A DNA stretch of 64,000 nucleotides from a virus. Position 1 is the first letter of the stretch. Every line of letters starts with the position of its first letter. Of the stretch, positions 1-9,830 are shown one piece after another. The stretch is taken from the IMG/VR virus record IMGVR_UViG_3300027779_000011, positions 32,001 to 96,000 of that record; one strand, written 5' to 3'. A program made the translations under genes and the position numbers. The notes beneath the pieces are model-generated. The model did no database searches and was not told the DNA's origin. It saw nothing but the letters and a program-made list of their open reading frames with translations.

Positions 1-25
1 CATATAATAAACAGGTTTAGGCCAA

Positions 26-235
26 ATGAATATGACTAACCTAGTTTTCATAAGCGATAGAAGCTATTATGGATTCGACTGGGAAGTATATCGGTGCAAA
101 AAAACAAATGGATTCGTGGGCATATGCCACGGATTTTCTTCATTAAAGGAAGCTAAGAACATGGCCTTATTAAAAGAGGGGATGGTTAATGCATCAAGAG
201 AAGAGAGAAGAAGAAAGAAGAAATCCAAACGATAA
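26..235 (+). CDS. hypothetical protein
   Basis: 69-aa ORF on the main coding strand. Confidence 0.55.
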   Translation: MNMTNLVFISDRSYYGFDWEVYRCKKTNGFVGICHGFSSLKEAKNMALLKEGMVNASREERRRKKKSKR

Positions 236-291
236 GCTATAAATATTTATATATTTTATAACCGATATATACTATATCAAATAGGATTGAA

Positions 292-603
292 ATGAAACTA
301 GACCATATAGCAATAAATGTCTATAGCATCTTTAATGGCGTATCTTATTATAAAGATACATATAACGCAGAAGTTATCTATGAAGACTCAAGCTGGGCTA
401 TGTTAAAAATAGGAGATACCAAAATAGCATTAGTCTTGGAAGGGCAACACAAGCCTCACATTGCGCTTGAGTGTTTTTCTTTTGATGACTTTCCTGACGG
501 ATGCGAGATAAATATGCACAGGGACGGATCTTTTTATACATACATTAGCGACCCATATGGGAACATAATAGAGAAAATTTATTATCCAAAAGAATCTGGT
601 TGA
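292..603 (+). CDS. VOC/glyoxalase-family protein
   Basis: LDHIAINV, PHIAL and YISDPYGNIIE motifs typical of the VOC fold. Confidence 0.8.
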   Translation: MKLDHIAINVYSIFNGVSYYKDTYNAEVIYEDSSWAMLKIGDTKIALVLEGQHKPHIALECFSFDDFPDGCEINMHRDGSFYTYISDPYGNIIEKIYYPKESG

Positions 604-608
604 GAACT

Positions 609-821
609 ATGAAAGATAACACTATTAGCACCGCCAGTACTCCCAGCGTAAAAAATGGTGGGGAGGGACTCCACAGTCAAGAAGATAAGGTGGATCGGAC
701 ATATGATGAATATGATGATGAATATGATAATGAATATGAAACAGAAAGGATTATAAAGAACTCCAGATATAATAAAAACCTTAGCAAAACTCCAAAAAGA
801 AAGTACAAAGTTGATTGGTAA
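609..821 (+). CDS. hypothetical protein (acidic/basic)
   Basis: ORF tightly packed between neighbours; start uncertain. Confidence 0.5.
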   Translation: MKDNTISTASTPSVKNGGEGLHSQEDKVDRTYDEYDDEYDNEYETERIIKNSRYNKNLSKTPKRKYKVDW

Positions 822-842
822 ATCGGCAAGGATGGTATCAAA

Positions 843-1112
843 ATGAAGACCGAAGGCGTATTTAAAATCAGAGGCTCCGTATATCTTATGACCTGGGAGC
901 ATAAACATGGAACAGAGCACTCTGTTCATGCAACATTCGAAGGCGCTCAAAAAAACTGCTATGAGATCATAGAAGAGTGGAAGGAAGAAGTTATTGATGG
1001 CTCTGACACGGAGTTGTTGGGCAAAGACTCAGACTATCTTTTTGAAAATTGGACTGATATAACTCACGGGCAAGAATACTTTGGAGTCCATGAGATAGAA
1101 TTGCGAGACTGA
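843..1112 (+). CDS. hypothetical phage protein
   Basis: ORF with upstream AGGA, tight packing. Confidence 0.65.
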   Translation: MKTEGVFKIRGSVYLMTWEHKHGTEHSVHATFEGAQKNCYEIIEEWKEEVIDGSDTELLGKDSDYLFENWTDITHGQEYFGVHEIELRD

Positions 1113-1118
1113 TAAAAA

Positions 1119-1307
1119 ATGAAATGGATTAAAAGACTATTGGGTTTGAACACACCATTGGAAAAGAAGAAAAAAGAGCTTTCATCTTTACAACATGAGG
1201 CGTTCTACGCTACAAGAAATGGTGACTTGAGAAAAGCTAGTGAGCTTTCCAAAAAGGCCGAACTACTTGAAGATGAGATTGTGGAGATTATTAATGAAGG
1301 TCGTTGA
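1119..1307 (+). CDS. small helical hypothetical protein
   Basis: ORF, tight packing. Confidence 0.65.
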   Translation: MKWIKRLLGLNTPLEKKKKELSSLQHEAFYATRNGDLRKASELSKKAELLEDEIVEIINEGR

Positions 1308-1530
1308 TTATAAAAGCATGTTAGATTTAGGCTATGAGGGCAGACACATTCAGCTATGGCCAGGAAACTCTGTAGACAAATGGGCTAAGATTGAGCATGT
1401 AACAGAGCAGGGTATGATGATTGAGTTTACTGAGATAAAAGCGAACGGATATAACCAGCATTATAATGTTGGCGATATTATGTTTTTGCCATGGAACTCG
1501 CTTAAGTTTATTTTTACGGAGGAACGATGA
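1294..1530 (+). CDS. hypothetical protein
   Basis: Start re-assigned to ATG1294 (GGAG upstream); ATGA overlap with ligase. Confidence 0.6.
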   Translation: MKVVDYKSMLDLGYEGRHIQLWPGNSVDKWAKIEHVTEQGMMIEFTEIKANGYNQHYNVGDIMFLPWNSLKFIFTEER

Positions 1531-2654
1531 ACCTGCCTACATTATATGGGAAGTCAACCAATGGGAAGATTAAAGAATGGAGCATATCGGTTCTCCAGAT
1601 GGGCGATGGGGTCTGTTACATCGAAACTGAGCATGGCTATGAAGCGGGCAAGAAGCAGCTTGATCAGCGCCATGTTGGAGAGGGTAAGAATATCGGTAGA
1701 GCAAACGAAACTACTCCCTACCAACAGGCATGTTCTGAGGCTCAATCTGCACATAGCCGCAAGAAAGATTCAGGATATGTAGAGGATAAGTCAAACATTC
1801 CTTCCGAATCAGATGGAATGTTCCTCCCAATGCTTGCTCATAGACATGACAAGCATGGTGCAAAGATTAGTTATCCGTGCTGGGTTCAACCAAAATTAGA
1901 TGGCGTTCGTATGCTGGCCAGGAAAGATAATGGCGCGGTAACTATGTGGTCAAGAAAGGGAAAGGTTATTGACATTCCAGATAAGATTAATCAGCAGCTT
2001 TGCGAAATGCTTTCTGATGGGCAATCTGTAGATGGAGAGTTGTACGTTCATGGCTGGACTTTCCAACGAATCATATCTGCTGTAAAAAAGAAGCGGCCAG
2101 ATACAGATTTGCTTGAGTATCACATATATGATTCCCCTCACTCTACTCTTATGTTTGAAGATAGAATCCCTTTCAACGGGATAGGTTCTGTATCTTTCCC
2201 AAAGCACTGTCAGTCGTGGACTCTTATTGGAGAGAACGTCAAATTTGTTAAAACACTTTTGGCGGATAACGAAACCGACTTTAATCTTTTCGAACAGATG
2301 TTTGTTTCAGATAGCTATGAGGGCATGATGGTCCGTAATCAAAAAAGTCTGTATAAATATAAGAATCGCTCATACGACTTGCAAAAAGTAAAAAGGTTTG
2401 TCGATGATGAATACAAAATCATCGGGGGAAAGGACGGGTCTGGTCGAGAAGTTGGCCTTGTTATCTATAAGTGTATTACTGCTGATGGGCTTAAGTTTGA
2501 TGTGCGCCCAAGGGGAAGTCATGAGGAACGAGCGAAACAGTTTAAAGACCTAGATAATAAAATAGGAAAAATGCTTACGGTACGGTATCAGGAGCTTACG
2601 GATGATGGACTTCCAAGATTCCCGGTTGGTATTGCGGTTAGGGATTATGAATAA
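1527..2654 (+). CDS. lig: ATP-dependent DNA ligase
   Basis: Motif I QPKLDG, DGELY, EGMMVR, LQKVKRF, C-terminal OB domain (LPRFPV). Confidence 0.95.
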   Translation: MNLPTLYGKSTNGKIKEWSISVLQMGDGVCYIETEHGYEAGKKQLDQRHVGEGKNIGRANETTPYQQACSEAQSAHSRKKDSGYVEDKSNIPSESDGMFLPMLAHRHDKHGAKISYPCWVQPKLDGVRMLARKDNGAVTMWSRKGKVIDIPDKINQQLCEMLSDGQSVDGELYVHGWTFQRIISAVKKKRPDTDLLEYHIYDSPHSTLMFEDRIPFNGIGSVSFPKHCQSWTLIGENVKFVKTLLADNETDFNLFEQMFVSDSYEGMMVRNQKSLYKYKNRSYDLQKVKRFVDDEYKIIGGKDGSGREVGLVIYKCITADGLKFDVRPRGSHEERAKQFKDLDNKIGKMLTVRYQELTDDGLPRFPVGIAVRDYE

Positions 2655-3021
2655 AATGAAAGTAAAAGTATATTTTAACCTGCATAAAAAGCTATTTTCC
2701 GTAGTAGCTCTAGAGGGTGATAGGAAAGGGCGCGTCATAAGGCATGTTAATAAAATAGACTTATCGAACTGTGCCTTTAGAGTTCAAAGGGCTGGTAGGG
2801 AGCGCGTGCTTAGAGAGAGTAGAAAAAACGTTCATGCTTATATATCTGGATATACTGATTCATTCAAAGACTCGGTTAATTTGGAAGAAAGAATTACATA
2901 CAATCCCTACAAATACTCTACATTTGTTGCGAAGCCAAGTGAAGCTCCGGTTGGAAACAGGAAACGCTGTAGACTTATAGCTAAAGATGGCAGAGCAGAG
3001 ATTTTGAGTACTCTTACATGA
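2647..3021 (+). CDS. conserved phage hypothetical protein
   Basis: VYFNLHKK...AGRERVLRE.RKNVHAY pattern recognised from phage proteins; start re-assigned. Confidence 0.7.
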   Translation: MNKMKVKVYFNLHKKLFSVVALEGDRKGRVIRHVNKIDLSNCAFRVQRAGRERVLRESRKNVHAYISGYTDSFKDSVNLEERITYNPYKYSTFVAKPSEAPVGNRKRCRLIAKDGRAEILSTLT

Positions 3022-3288
3022 TTAAAAATGTTTATGAATTTATATTAGACAAACTTCCTGGGTCCGAACTAAGGAGATGTAAGAGCATTAGCCCCAAAGA
3101 TACTAGGTGTGTTAAACACTTGAATCATTGGTTTAGGCATGAAGATGCTTGGCTTTGCAAGTGGAAGCAAAACAGGAGATAGGAGCGGGATTTTTTGGCC
3201 CGAACTGTAATGAGTGTGGCCACCCATAATAAGAATACAAGAAGAGTGAAACAGTTTAGAACCCTAAAAACCAAATGGAGTAAACAAC

Positions 3289-3438
3289 ATGGAATTTCTT
3301 TTTTATATGATAGCGTGCATTGGGCTAATTCTCATTAGCGTTCCGCTTATATCTATTTCGAACAGCCTTCAAAGGCTTGCTAGCACGGTTGAAGAAGATG
3401 GCTCAAAGCCCGTATTGGCAAGAGTTAGGACAAAGTAA
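3289..3438 (+). CDS. small membrane protein (49 aa)
   Basis: GGAG RBS; MEFLFYMIACIGLILISVPL hydrophobic N-terminus; below ORF-track cutoff. Confidence 0.55.
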   Translation: MEFLFYMIACIGLILISVPLISISNSLQRLASTVEEDGSKPVLARVRTK

Positions 3439-3456
3439 GCATCCTTTGGAGATTAA

Positions 3457-3699
3457 GTGAGGCTGTGTTTCGATGAAGAGTTGCTGGAGCTTTTAAGCGC
3501 AGAAGAGGTTGTCTACATATCTCTGCTTATAGAGGATCATGATTATTGTTTTTTAAACGGATTTATTGATTCTAGTGCATACTCAAAACTATATCAGTAT
3601 TATTGTGATGAAATGCCATATGGCGTAGCCAAGTTCAGAACTGGCGATGCTGATATTTGGATACTAAATAAACTCAGAGAAAGGTGCTTGCAGAGATGA
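3457..3699 (+). CDS. hypothetical phage protein
   Basis: GGAG RBS; EMPYGVAK.RTGD motif. Confidence 0.65.
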   Translation: MRLCFDEELLELLSAEEVVYISLLIEDHDYCFLNGFIDSSAYSKLYQYYCDEMPYGVAKFRTGDADIWILNKLRERCLQR

Positions 3700-3950
3700 A
3701 AGAAGAAGAAGAACATATATCACAAGAAGAGGCGGTAAGTCTGCTTAAAAAGAAAGCCGTAGACATTTGGGATGGCGCATTTCACGCACGACACAAGGGC
3801 GGTCACTTGGAGCTTGTAGTTGAGTTAGAAGATACGGGCGAAAATACTGGCCTTTGGAAACATTTCGATGGTCTAAGGTTTATGGGTCATGAGATTCACA
3901 TATTAAAAGTTCCAATCGGATACACAGAACTTTTAAAGAAGGAGAAGTAA
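3696..3950 (+). CDS. hypothetical protein
   Basis: ATGA-coupled to previous ORF. Confidence 0.6.
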   Translation: MKEEEEHISQEEAVSLLKKKAVDIWDGAFHARHKGGHLELVVELEDTGENTGLWKHFDGLRFMGHEIHILKVPIGYTELLKKEK

Positions 3951-3952
3951 AG

Positions 3953-4447
3953 GTGGGCGGCTACTCTTTAAAACTAATAACTCATGATATAGAATCTTGG
4001 TTCAATAAAGATCCAGTTAGGCCTGAACTTCCTCCTAGCTTTAGAACAAAGCCGGGAAGAGAAGTATACGGTTTGCTAGACGAAGATGGCAAGTTTAAAT
4101 CATTTTTATGTTTAGCGTATACAACACAGGTTCCGAGGGACATAGGCGAGTTGGCCAATCTTACGTCACATGACGGAAGGATAATTATTCCATATACTGT
4201 TTGGTCATATAAAAGAGGCGCTGGAAAAACGATTATAAACTTGTTAATCTCTATGACAAGAGATAACAACATGGCAGATAGAGTGGTTACACTTTCTCCT
4301 CAAACTGAAATGGCAAAAAAGTTCCATTTGAAAAATGGCGCAATTGAATTGCAACGAAATGACGACACGGTAAACTTTGAATACTCCCTAGCTTTGGGAC
4401 CCGTTTCGAGAGGAATCAAAAGAGTTTTCTCCAGTGGGGGTGGGTGA
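3953..4447 (+). CDS. GNAT-like phage protein
   Basis: YTVWSYKRGAG (acetyl-CoA-binding-like) and TLSP..MA.KFHLKNGA. Confidence 0.65.
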   Translation: MGGYSLKLITHDIESWFNKDPVRPELPPSFRTKPGREVYGLLDEDGKFKSFLCLAYTTQVPRDIGELANLTSHDGRIIIPYTVWSYKRGAGKTIINLLISMTRDNNMADRVVTLSPQTEMAKKFHLKNGAIELQRNDDTVNFEYSLALGPVSRGIKRVFSSGGG

Positions 4448-5025
4448 TTAGTAATCCAGAGTTTATTATCTTTACAGGCCCAATGTTTGGGGGAAAGACC
4501 ACAAGGCTTTTGGGCGAGGTGGAGAGGTATAGGTATCAGAAGAAATCTATACTAGCGTATAAGCCCAACATAGACAATAGATATGACGATGAAAGCATAG
4601 TAACTCATAATGGCTTTAAACTTAAGGCTAAAAAAATATCTGCTGCAAAAGAAATATTATCAGATATTAAAAGCTGGGAGGCGCTAAATCAAGACCGTCC
4701 CATAATAGTTGTCGATGAAACATTTATGATTCAGGGTAGCGGCTCTATATTGCCATATCTTTACAGGGCTGGCTATACCATCCTTACTTCTACATTACAA
4801 CTTTCTGCATCTTGTAACGCATTTGAGGAAGTAAAAGAAATGTTGCCTTGGGCAACAAGGATAGAAAAGTGTCCTGCGGTATGCACAGAATGTGGAAGGG
4901 ATGCCTTTTATACATACAGAAAAGTAGAGGATCTCAATGAGATAGTCATAGGTGGTTCTGAGTTATATGAGCCAAGGTGTTGGCAACATCATCCTAACTT
5001 TAGTAATATAGAAATAAAGATATAA
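4444..5025 (+). CDS. tdk: thymidine kinase
   Basis: GPMFGGKTT P-loop, VVDE, CTEC and YEPRC zinc motifs. Confidence 0.92.
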   Translation: MISNPEFIIFTGPMFGGKTTRLLGEVERYRYQKKSILAYKPNIDNRYDDESIVTHNGFKLKAKKISAAKEILSDIKSWEALNQDRPIIVVDETFMIQGSGSILPYLYRAGYTILTSTLQLSASCNAFEEVKEMLPWATRIEKCPAVCTECGRDAFYTYRKVEDLNEIVIGGSELYEPRCWQHHPNFSNIEIKI

Positions 5026-5028
5026 TAT

Positions 5029-5104
<76 letters not shown>

Positions 5105-5143
5105 TTTTCAACTACTATTTTATTTACTGTGAGGGACTCAGGT

Positions 5144-5968
5144 ATGAGTGATTTGGAAAGTCTTCAGTTGTGTAACTGTAAACCACGCGAACGAGCCAGT
5201 GGTAAATGTATATGCGAGCATTTAATTTCTACACAGAGTGTCGGCCTTACTGTAGAAGCTGTAAATGAAAAGAAGTATATTGAGCAATATGCTCAAAAAA
5301 AGTTAAGCTATACAAAGGAAATAGAAGGCATTATATCTTACAATACGCCAAATTTTGCGTCTATCGAAGCAACATATCAAGACACACTTGATGAGTATAA
5401 CTCATCATGGAAAAACATATTCTTTGACGGAATGAAGATTTGCAACATTGGGTGCGGTCATGGCTTTCTAGAGTTAATACTATATTATGAATTTCCAAAT
5501 TCAAAAATATGGAGCATTGATCGGAACGGCGAAAGTTGTGCGGCGAAGAAAAATGGAAAGTTCCACCATGATGTTGACGGCTTTTTGGTTCGCACTGATG
5601 TTAAAAATACTGAAGAGTTTGTGAAAATGAACTGCTATGATATGAGCAGGTTTAACTTTTTTGATTATGAAGATATAGATCAAATAAATACTAAGTTTGA
5701 TATTATAGTAAGCCAAGCATCATGGTGCTTTCATTATCCATATAGCGTATATGGCAAATGGGCAAAAGATCACTCTCATGACGAAACTAAGATTATATCT
5801 AATATAAGAAGCTCAGAAATTGAAAAAGTTAAATCTGATAATAAAAACTTCATTGTGCCACCATTTGGAAGCAGGAGTAAAAAAAGCGTACTGGCAGTAT
5901 TTGGCGATTATAATGATTCCACTTTTAACAAACATGTGCGTCGTATGGTGAAAAATTATGGAAAATAA
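5144..5968 (+). CDS. class I SAM-dependent methyltransferase
   Basis: CNIGCGHG motif I, FDIIVS, SWCFHYP; start moved downstream of the tRNA. Confidence 0.75.
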   Translation: MSDLESLQLCNCKPRERASGKCICEHLISTQSVGLTVEAVNEKKYIEQYAQKKLSYTKEIEGIISYNTPNFASIEATYQDTLDEYNSSWKNIFFDGMKICNIGCGHGFLELILYYEFPNSKIWSIDRNGESCAAKKNGKFHHDVDGFLVRTDVKNTEEFVKMNCYDMSRFNFFDYEDIDQINTKFDIIVSQASWCFHYPYSVYGKWAKDHSHDETKIISNIRSSEIEKVKSDNKNFIVPPFGSRSKKSVLAVFGDYNDSTFNKHVRRMVKNYGK

Positions 5969-6677
5969 AACAAGTGATAAGATAGAGATACCAATAGAAT
6001 TACACACTGGTTTTGGACCATTTATTATGCAAATGTCCATAACCGAAGATATAAAGGAAGACTTCAATATAATTGTCGAACAGATTAATGACTTTGATAA
6101 GCAGGATCAGTTCAAGTTCATTAAAGAAGAAGACGATGCAATTCACCAGAGATTAATAATGCCCTTTGATGTGTTGAAGGGATATGTTGATTTCTTTCAG
6201 CAAACTATGTCAGCGTATTTATCTATGGCCAGAAACAATGGAGCAGAGGTTTCTAACAGCTGGACTGTTACGTTCGATGATGCGTATGTTGCAATATGCA
6301 AATCAGGTGACTTCATACACAGCAGGGCTGGTATTCAGAATCAAATTTCATGTTTTGCCATCTTGTCCACAACAGACGAGGAGTTACTTTCTGAGTGTGA
6401 AATCATGCTTTCCTTAGCGGGTAGTGGGTCGAAGTTCTATAAAAGCAGATTAAAAATATCTCCAAAGGTCGGTGATATGTATGTATTTCCATCATCTTTA
6501 AACATAAGCATGAAGCCAATCAAAGCAGGCCTTGTCTTTACCGACTCGGGCTTGGCCGATGAAAATTTTGAAATGCGCTTTTTCGAAGGCAGGTTGAGCA
6601 TATCTGAAAAGAAAACGGACGAAGGCTGGCCACTTCTTCACGATGGGGAGGCTGTACTCTTGGAAGAAGAACTATGA
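5958..6677 (+). CDS. 2OG-Fe(II) oxygenase-like protein, metal ligands apparently missing
   Basis: PKVGDMYVFPSSL double-stranded beta-helix pattern; expected His ligands not evident. Confidence 0.55.
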   Translation: MENKTSDKIEIPIELHTGFGPFIMQMSITEDIKEDFNIIVEQINDFDKQDQFKFIKEEDDAIHQRLIMPFDVLKGYVDFFQQTMSAYLSMARNNGAEVSNSWTVTFDDAYVAICKSGDFIHSRAGIQNQISCFAILSTTDEELLSECEIMLSLAGSGSKFYKSRLKISPKVGDMYVFPSSLNISMKPIKAGLVFTDSGLADENFEMRFFEGRLSISEKKTDEGWPLLHDGEAVLLEEEL

Positions 6678-6874
6678 ATGAAATAGAAGAAAAAATAAAC
6701 CTTATGTACTCTGAACTAAAAAATCCAAGAAATGATGGGTGGGTTCAGGAACTACATTTAAAAAAACTTATTGCGATTAAAAAGTTAATATCCTCATTAG
6801 ATCTAGATAAACAAACTCTTAGATTTAAAAATAATAATGAGTTTATTAAAAGTCATATAAACGATAATACTTAA
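6674..6874 (+). CDS. hypothetical protein
   Basis: ATGA-coupled ORF; NPRNDGW motif. Confidence 0.6.
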   Translation: MNEIEEKINLMYSELKNPRNDGWVQELHLKKLIAIKKLISSLDLDKQTLRFKNNNEFIKSHINDNT

Positions 6875-7055
6875 GGGAAATTATATTTTTTAAAATATAA
6901 ATATAATTGAATATAGGCCGCTATGCAAAATAGAAAAAAAATAAAGTCTGTATTAAAAAATGCCACCAAAGTTGTGGACTATTCTATGATGGCGGTTGCA
7001 TATATTGGCTTTTTATCTTTAGTTTATTATAGAGCTTACCGAGGACAGTACAAAG

Positions 7056-7883
7056 ATGCCGAGTTTTTCAAAAACAAAAGAAACAAGTAGATTTCTAAAG
7101 ATCATTCAAAGCTCAATAAGCCCATCGAAAAGCAGATGGCAAGTTGAGTTTAGCGAGGATAAAATCACAAGCCATCTAGATCGCCTATCAGTCAGGCAGT
7201 TGGGAAAGCTTTTTAGCGATCCATATTGGGTCAATTACCCAACCTGGAGATACGCTGGTTCTAGCGGAATTACAAGAAGTACGGAGCCAACTGGAAGATG
7301 GTATGGAACCGTAATATCAAAAGTATGTAAAACCATATCTCTTGCAGACGGCATACCCTTTCAGGTATTGCAGAAAAAATCTGTTGGAGTGTGGGCTTTA
7401 TTCTGCATAGAATACACAAGCGGAAGGGATAGGATCTCAATCCTAAAAAGAGCTTATAAAAATAAAGATCCGAGGGTTAGGCTCAGGGCTGCAAAATACC
7501 TTCCTGTATCATATCTTCCAAAAATGTCAAAAGACACTAAGGCTTCGGTAAGAAACATGGTTATTAGGAGGCTTGGGATGGATAACTGCGCAGAAATGTT
7601 CTTACATGATAAGAATAGGTGGATTCACAGAAGTGCGCTTGAGGCTGCACCAATTGAGTCAATTGACTATAATGGAATAATTGAAAGATATAGGGTTTCG
7701 GCAGAAGTCCTAAAGAGATCGGGAGATAGGTATGCTTATGCGGATTTTGAACATTCTGTCACCGCTATATTGAGGAAGATTCCGAAAGAGCAGCTTCCCT
7801 ATTTTCTAGATCTTGCTGACCTCGCAAACAGTTCTTGGAATAAGACCGCAATGAAAGAGATTATTGAGGCCAGAATGTCTTAG
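7056..7883 (+). CDS. HEAT-like helical repeat protein (paralog family A)
   Basis: DPRVRLRAA / DTKASVRNMV / DKNRWIHRSA repeats; C-terminal KIP...LP...IIEARM. Confidence 0.7.
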   Translation: MPSFSKTKETSRFLKIIQSSISPSKSRWQVEFSEDKITSHLDRLSVRQLGKLFSDPYWVNYPTWRYAGSSGITRSTEPTGRWYGTVISKVCKTISLADGIPFQVLQKKSVGVWALFCIEYTSGRDRISILKRAYKNKDPRVRLRAAKYLPVSYLPKMSKDTKASVRNMVIRRLGMDNCAEMFLHDKNRWIHRSALEAAPIESIDYNGIIERYRVSAEVLKRSGDRYAYADFEHSVTAILRKIPKEQLPYFLDLADLANSSWNKTAMKEIIEARMS

Positions 7884-7959
7884 TAATAATAAAAAAAATA
7901 TAGAATATTTAGCACTCCATAAGTATTATGAATAATACATTTGATAATGGAGTGCTAAA

Positions 7960-8172
7960 ATGGAAGATAAGTTTAAGATTAATTGGTCGGAAACTAAAAG
8001 TGGATGCAACACTGTATCCGTAACAGGGTACTCCTACCAAGTAGAGGCTTGGCAGTCTGATCTTCTAAAGACATACCCTGAGTCTAAACTCAATACTAAA
8101 GTTGTTTCAAATATAGAGCATAGTAATGGATTAGTCACCATAGCGGTGTCTAGAAGGATAAAGAAAGAGTAA
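7960..8172 (+). CDS. hypothetical protein
   Basis: GGAG RBS, ORF. Confidence 0.65.
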   Translation: MEDKFKINWSETKSGCNTVSVTGYSYQVEAWQSDLLKTYPESKLNTKVVSNIEHSNGLVTIAVSRRIKKE

Positions 8173-8177
8173 ATTAT

Positions 8178-8229
8178 TGGGATTCTAACCAGCATATAAA
8201 CCATTAAGACCAAACTAAAATGAATCCCG
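8178..8229 (+). ncRNA. candidate structured RNA 1 (terminal stem + CAGCA + A-rich loop)
   Basis: GGGATTC(8179-85) pairs with GAATCCC(8222-28); CAGCA at 8190. Confidence 0.5.
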
Positions 8230-8236
8230 TTTAACA

Positions 8237-8320
8237 AGGATGGATTCAGCAAATTAAAAAAATGAAAAACCACACAGGAAGGCACAGGTGGTTCAAATAA
8301 ATAGGTGTCTATCCATCCTG
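8237..8320 (+). ncRNA. candidate structured RNA 2 (terminal stem + CAGCAA + A-rich loop)
   Basis: AGGATGGAT(8237-45) pairs perfectly with ATCCATCCT(8311-19); CAGCAA at 8247; internal AACCAC/GTGGTT stem. Confidence 0.55.
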
Positions 8321-8342
8321 ACCCCCCAATATGGAGAAAATA

Positions 8343-9830
8343 ATGTCAAGCTTTATCAGATCCCTTCAGTCATCTGATTCAAAAACTGAAAACAATTGTG
8401 TAACACACTCATCTAGCTCTAGTCATTGTGTTGATTTGTTTTTTCAAATTGGAGCCAGTCGATCCATGTCTGAATCTGAAAAGAAGACTATTTTTGACAA
8501 AGCCTTCTTTGAAAATAAATCTGATGCCATGAAGATTCTTTTTTATGCTAGAGATATTCGCGGCGGGCAAGGAGAGAGGGCTACTTTTAAAACCCTTATG
8601 AGTTACGCGGCAGTAAACTATACAGGCTATGTTCGCAACCTTGTTCCTAAGATTCCAATTTATGGCAGGTGGGATGATTTATTCTGCCTTCTTAATACGC
8701 CCCTTGAGAATGACGCTCTCAATCTGATCGGAAGAACCCTAAGTTTGAACGATGACCGCAATAGCAGTAGGGCTGAGGCAGGACTCTGTGCAAAGTGGAT
8801 GCCAAGAGAGAAGTCTTCGAAAAAGGCTATTGCTCTAAAGATTAGGAAGCATATGGGTCTTTCTAGTAAAGCCTATAGGAAGCTTCTAGTGGCGAAGACT
8901 TATGTCGTGGAAACAAAAATGTGTTCTAAAGAATGGGGTTCAATCAACTATGAGGCTGTTCCATCCTTGGCCATGAAGAACTACGGAAAAGCTTTTATAA
9001 AAAACGATGGAGAGCGGTTTAATTCTTACGTATCAGATGTTTCATCTGGCGTAAAGTCTATAAACGCATCAACGCTATATCCGCACGATCTAATTAAAAA
9101 TATTATTGATAAGTTTATCGCGGGTCATAATGATGTAGACAGCAACATCCTGTCTAAAGATGAAGCTGCAATAGTTCAGGCTCAATGGGATAATCTTCCA
9201 AACTATCTAATGAATAATCCAGAGAGAATACTGCCAGTTGTGGATACATCTGGGTCCATGTACTCTTGTGAGTCTGGGCCTTCCCCTATCTCCGTATCTA
9301 TTGCACTTGGCCTGTATATAGCAGAAAGAAACAATGGGCCATTTAAGAATCACTTTATTACATTCTCTGAAAGCCCAGAGCTTCAGAAGGTTTATGGTCA
9401 GACGATAGTTCAGAAGGCTGTCAATCTAGGCTCTGCAAGCTGGGGGTTCAGAACTGATATTCACAAGGTGTTTGATACAATTTTGAACAAGGCCGTGTCC
9501 GAGAGTGTCTTTGATTATGATATGCCATCCACAATTCTAATCTTGTCCGATATGCAGTTTGATATGGCTTGTCGGTCTAATGCAACTGCAATGCAATCTA
9601 TCGCAGAAAAGTATAACGAACATGGTTATAGTATTCCGAAGATTGTTTTCTGGAATCTTAACTCCTCCGGTAATAATTATCCAGTTAAGTTTGATGAAAA
9701 CAATACTGCCTTGATATCTGGATTTAATCCAAGTATAATGAAAGCGCTCCTATCATGCGGTGAGTTTACTCCAATTAGTATTATGAGAGAAACCATAGAC
9801 TCAAAGAGGTATTCGGAAATTATAGTATGA
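8343..9830 (+). CDS. DUF2828-type Ro60/TROVE-like helical + vWA protein
   Basis: ARDIRGGQGER, YGRWDD, KWMPRE, VDTSGSM (MIDAS), LSDMQFD, IVFWNL; start at MSSF after GGAG RBS. Confidence 0.88.
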   Translation: MSSFIRSLQSSDSKTENNCVTHSSSSSHCVDLFFQIGASRSMSESEKKTIFDKAFFENKSDAMKILFYARDIRGGQGERATFKTLMSYAAVNYTGYVRNLVPKIPIYGRWDDLFCLLNTPLENDALNLIGRTLSLNDDRNSSRAEAGLCAKWMPREKSSKKAIALKIRKHMGLSSKAYRKLLVAKTYVVETKMCSKEWGSINYEAVPSLAMKNYGKAFIKNDGERFNSYVSDVSSGVKSINASTLYPHDLIKNIIDKFIAGHNDVDSNILSKDEAAIVQAQWDNLPNYLMNNPERILPVVDTSGSMYSCESGPSPISVSIALGLYIAERNNGPFKNHFITFSESPELQKVYGQTIVQKAVNLGSASWGFRTDIHKVFDTILNKAVSESVFDYDMPSTILILSDMQFDMACRSNATAMQSIAEKYNEHGYSIPKIVFWNLNSSGNNYPVKFDENNTALISGFNPSIMKALLSCGEFTPISIMRETIDSKRYSEIIV

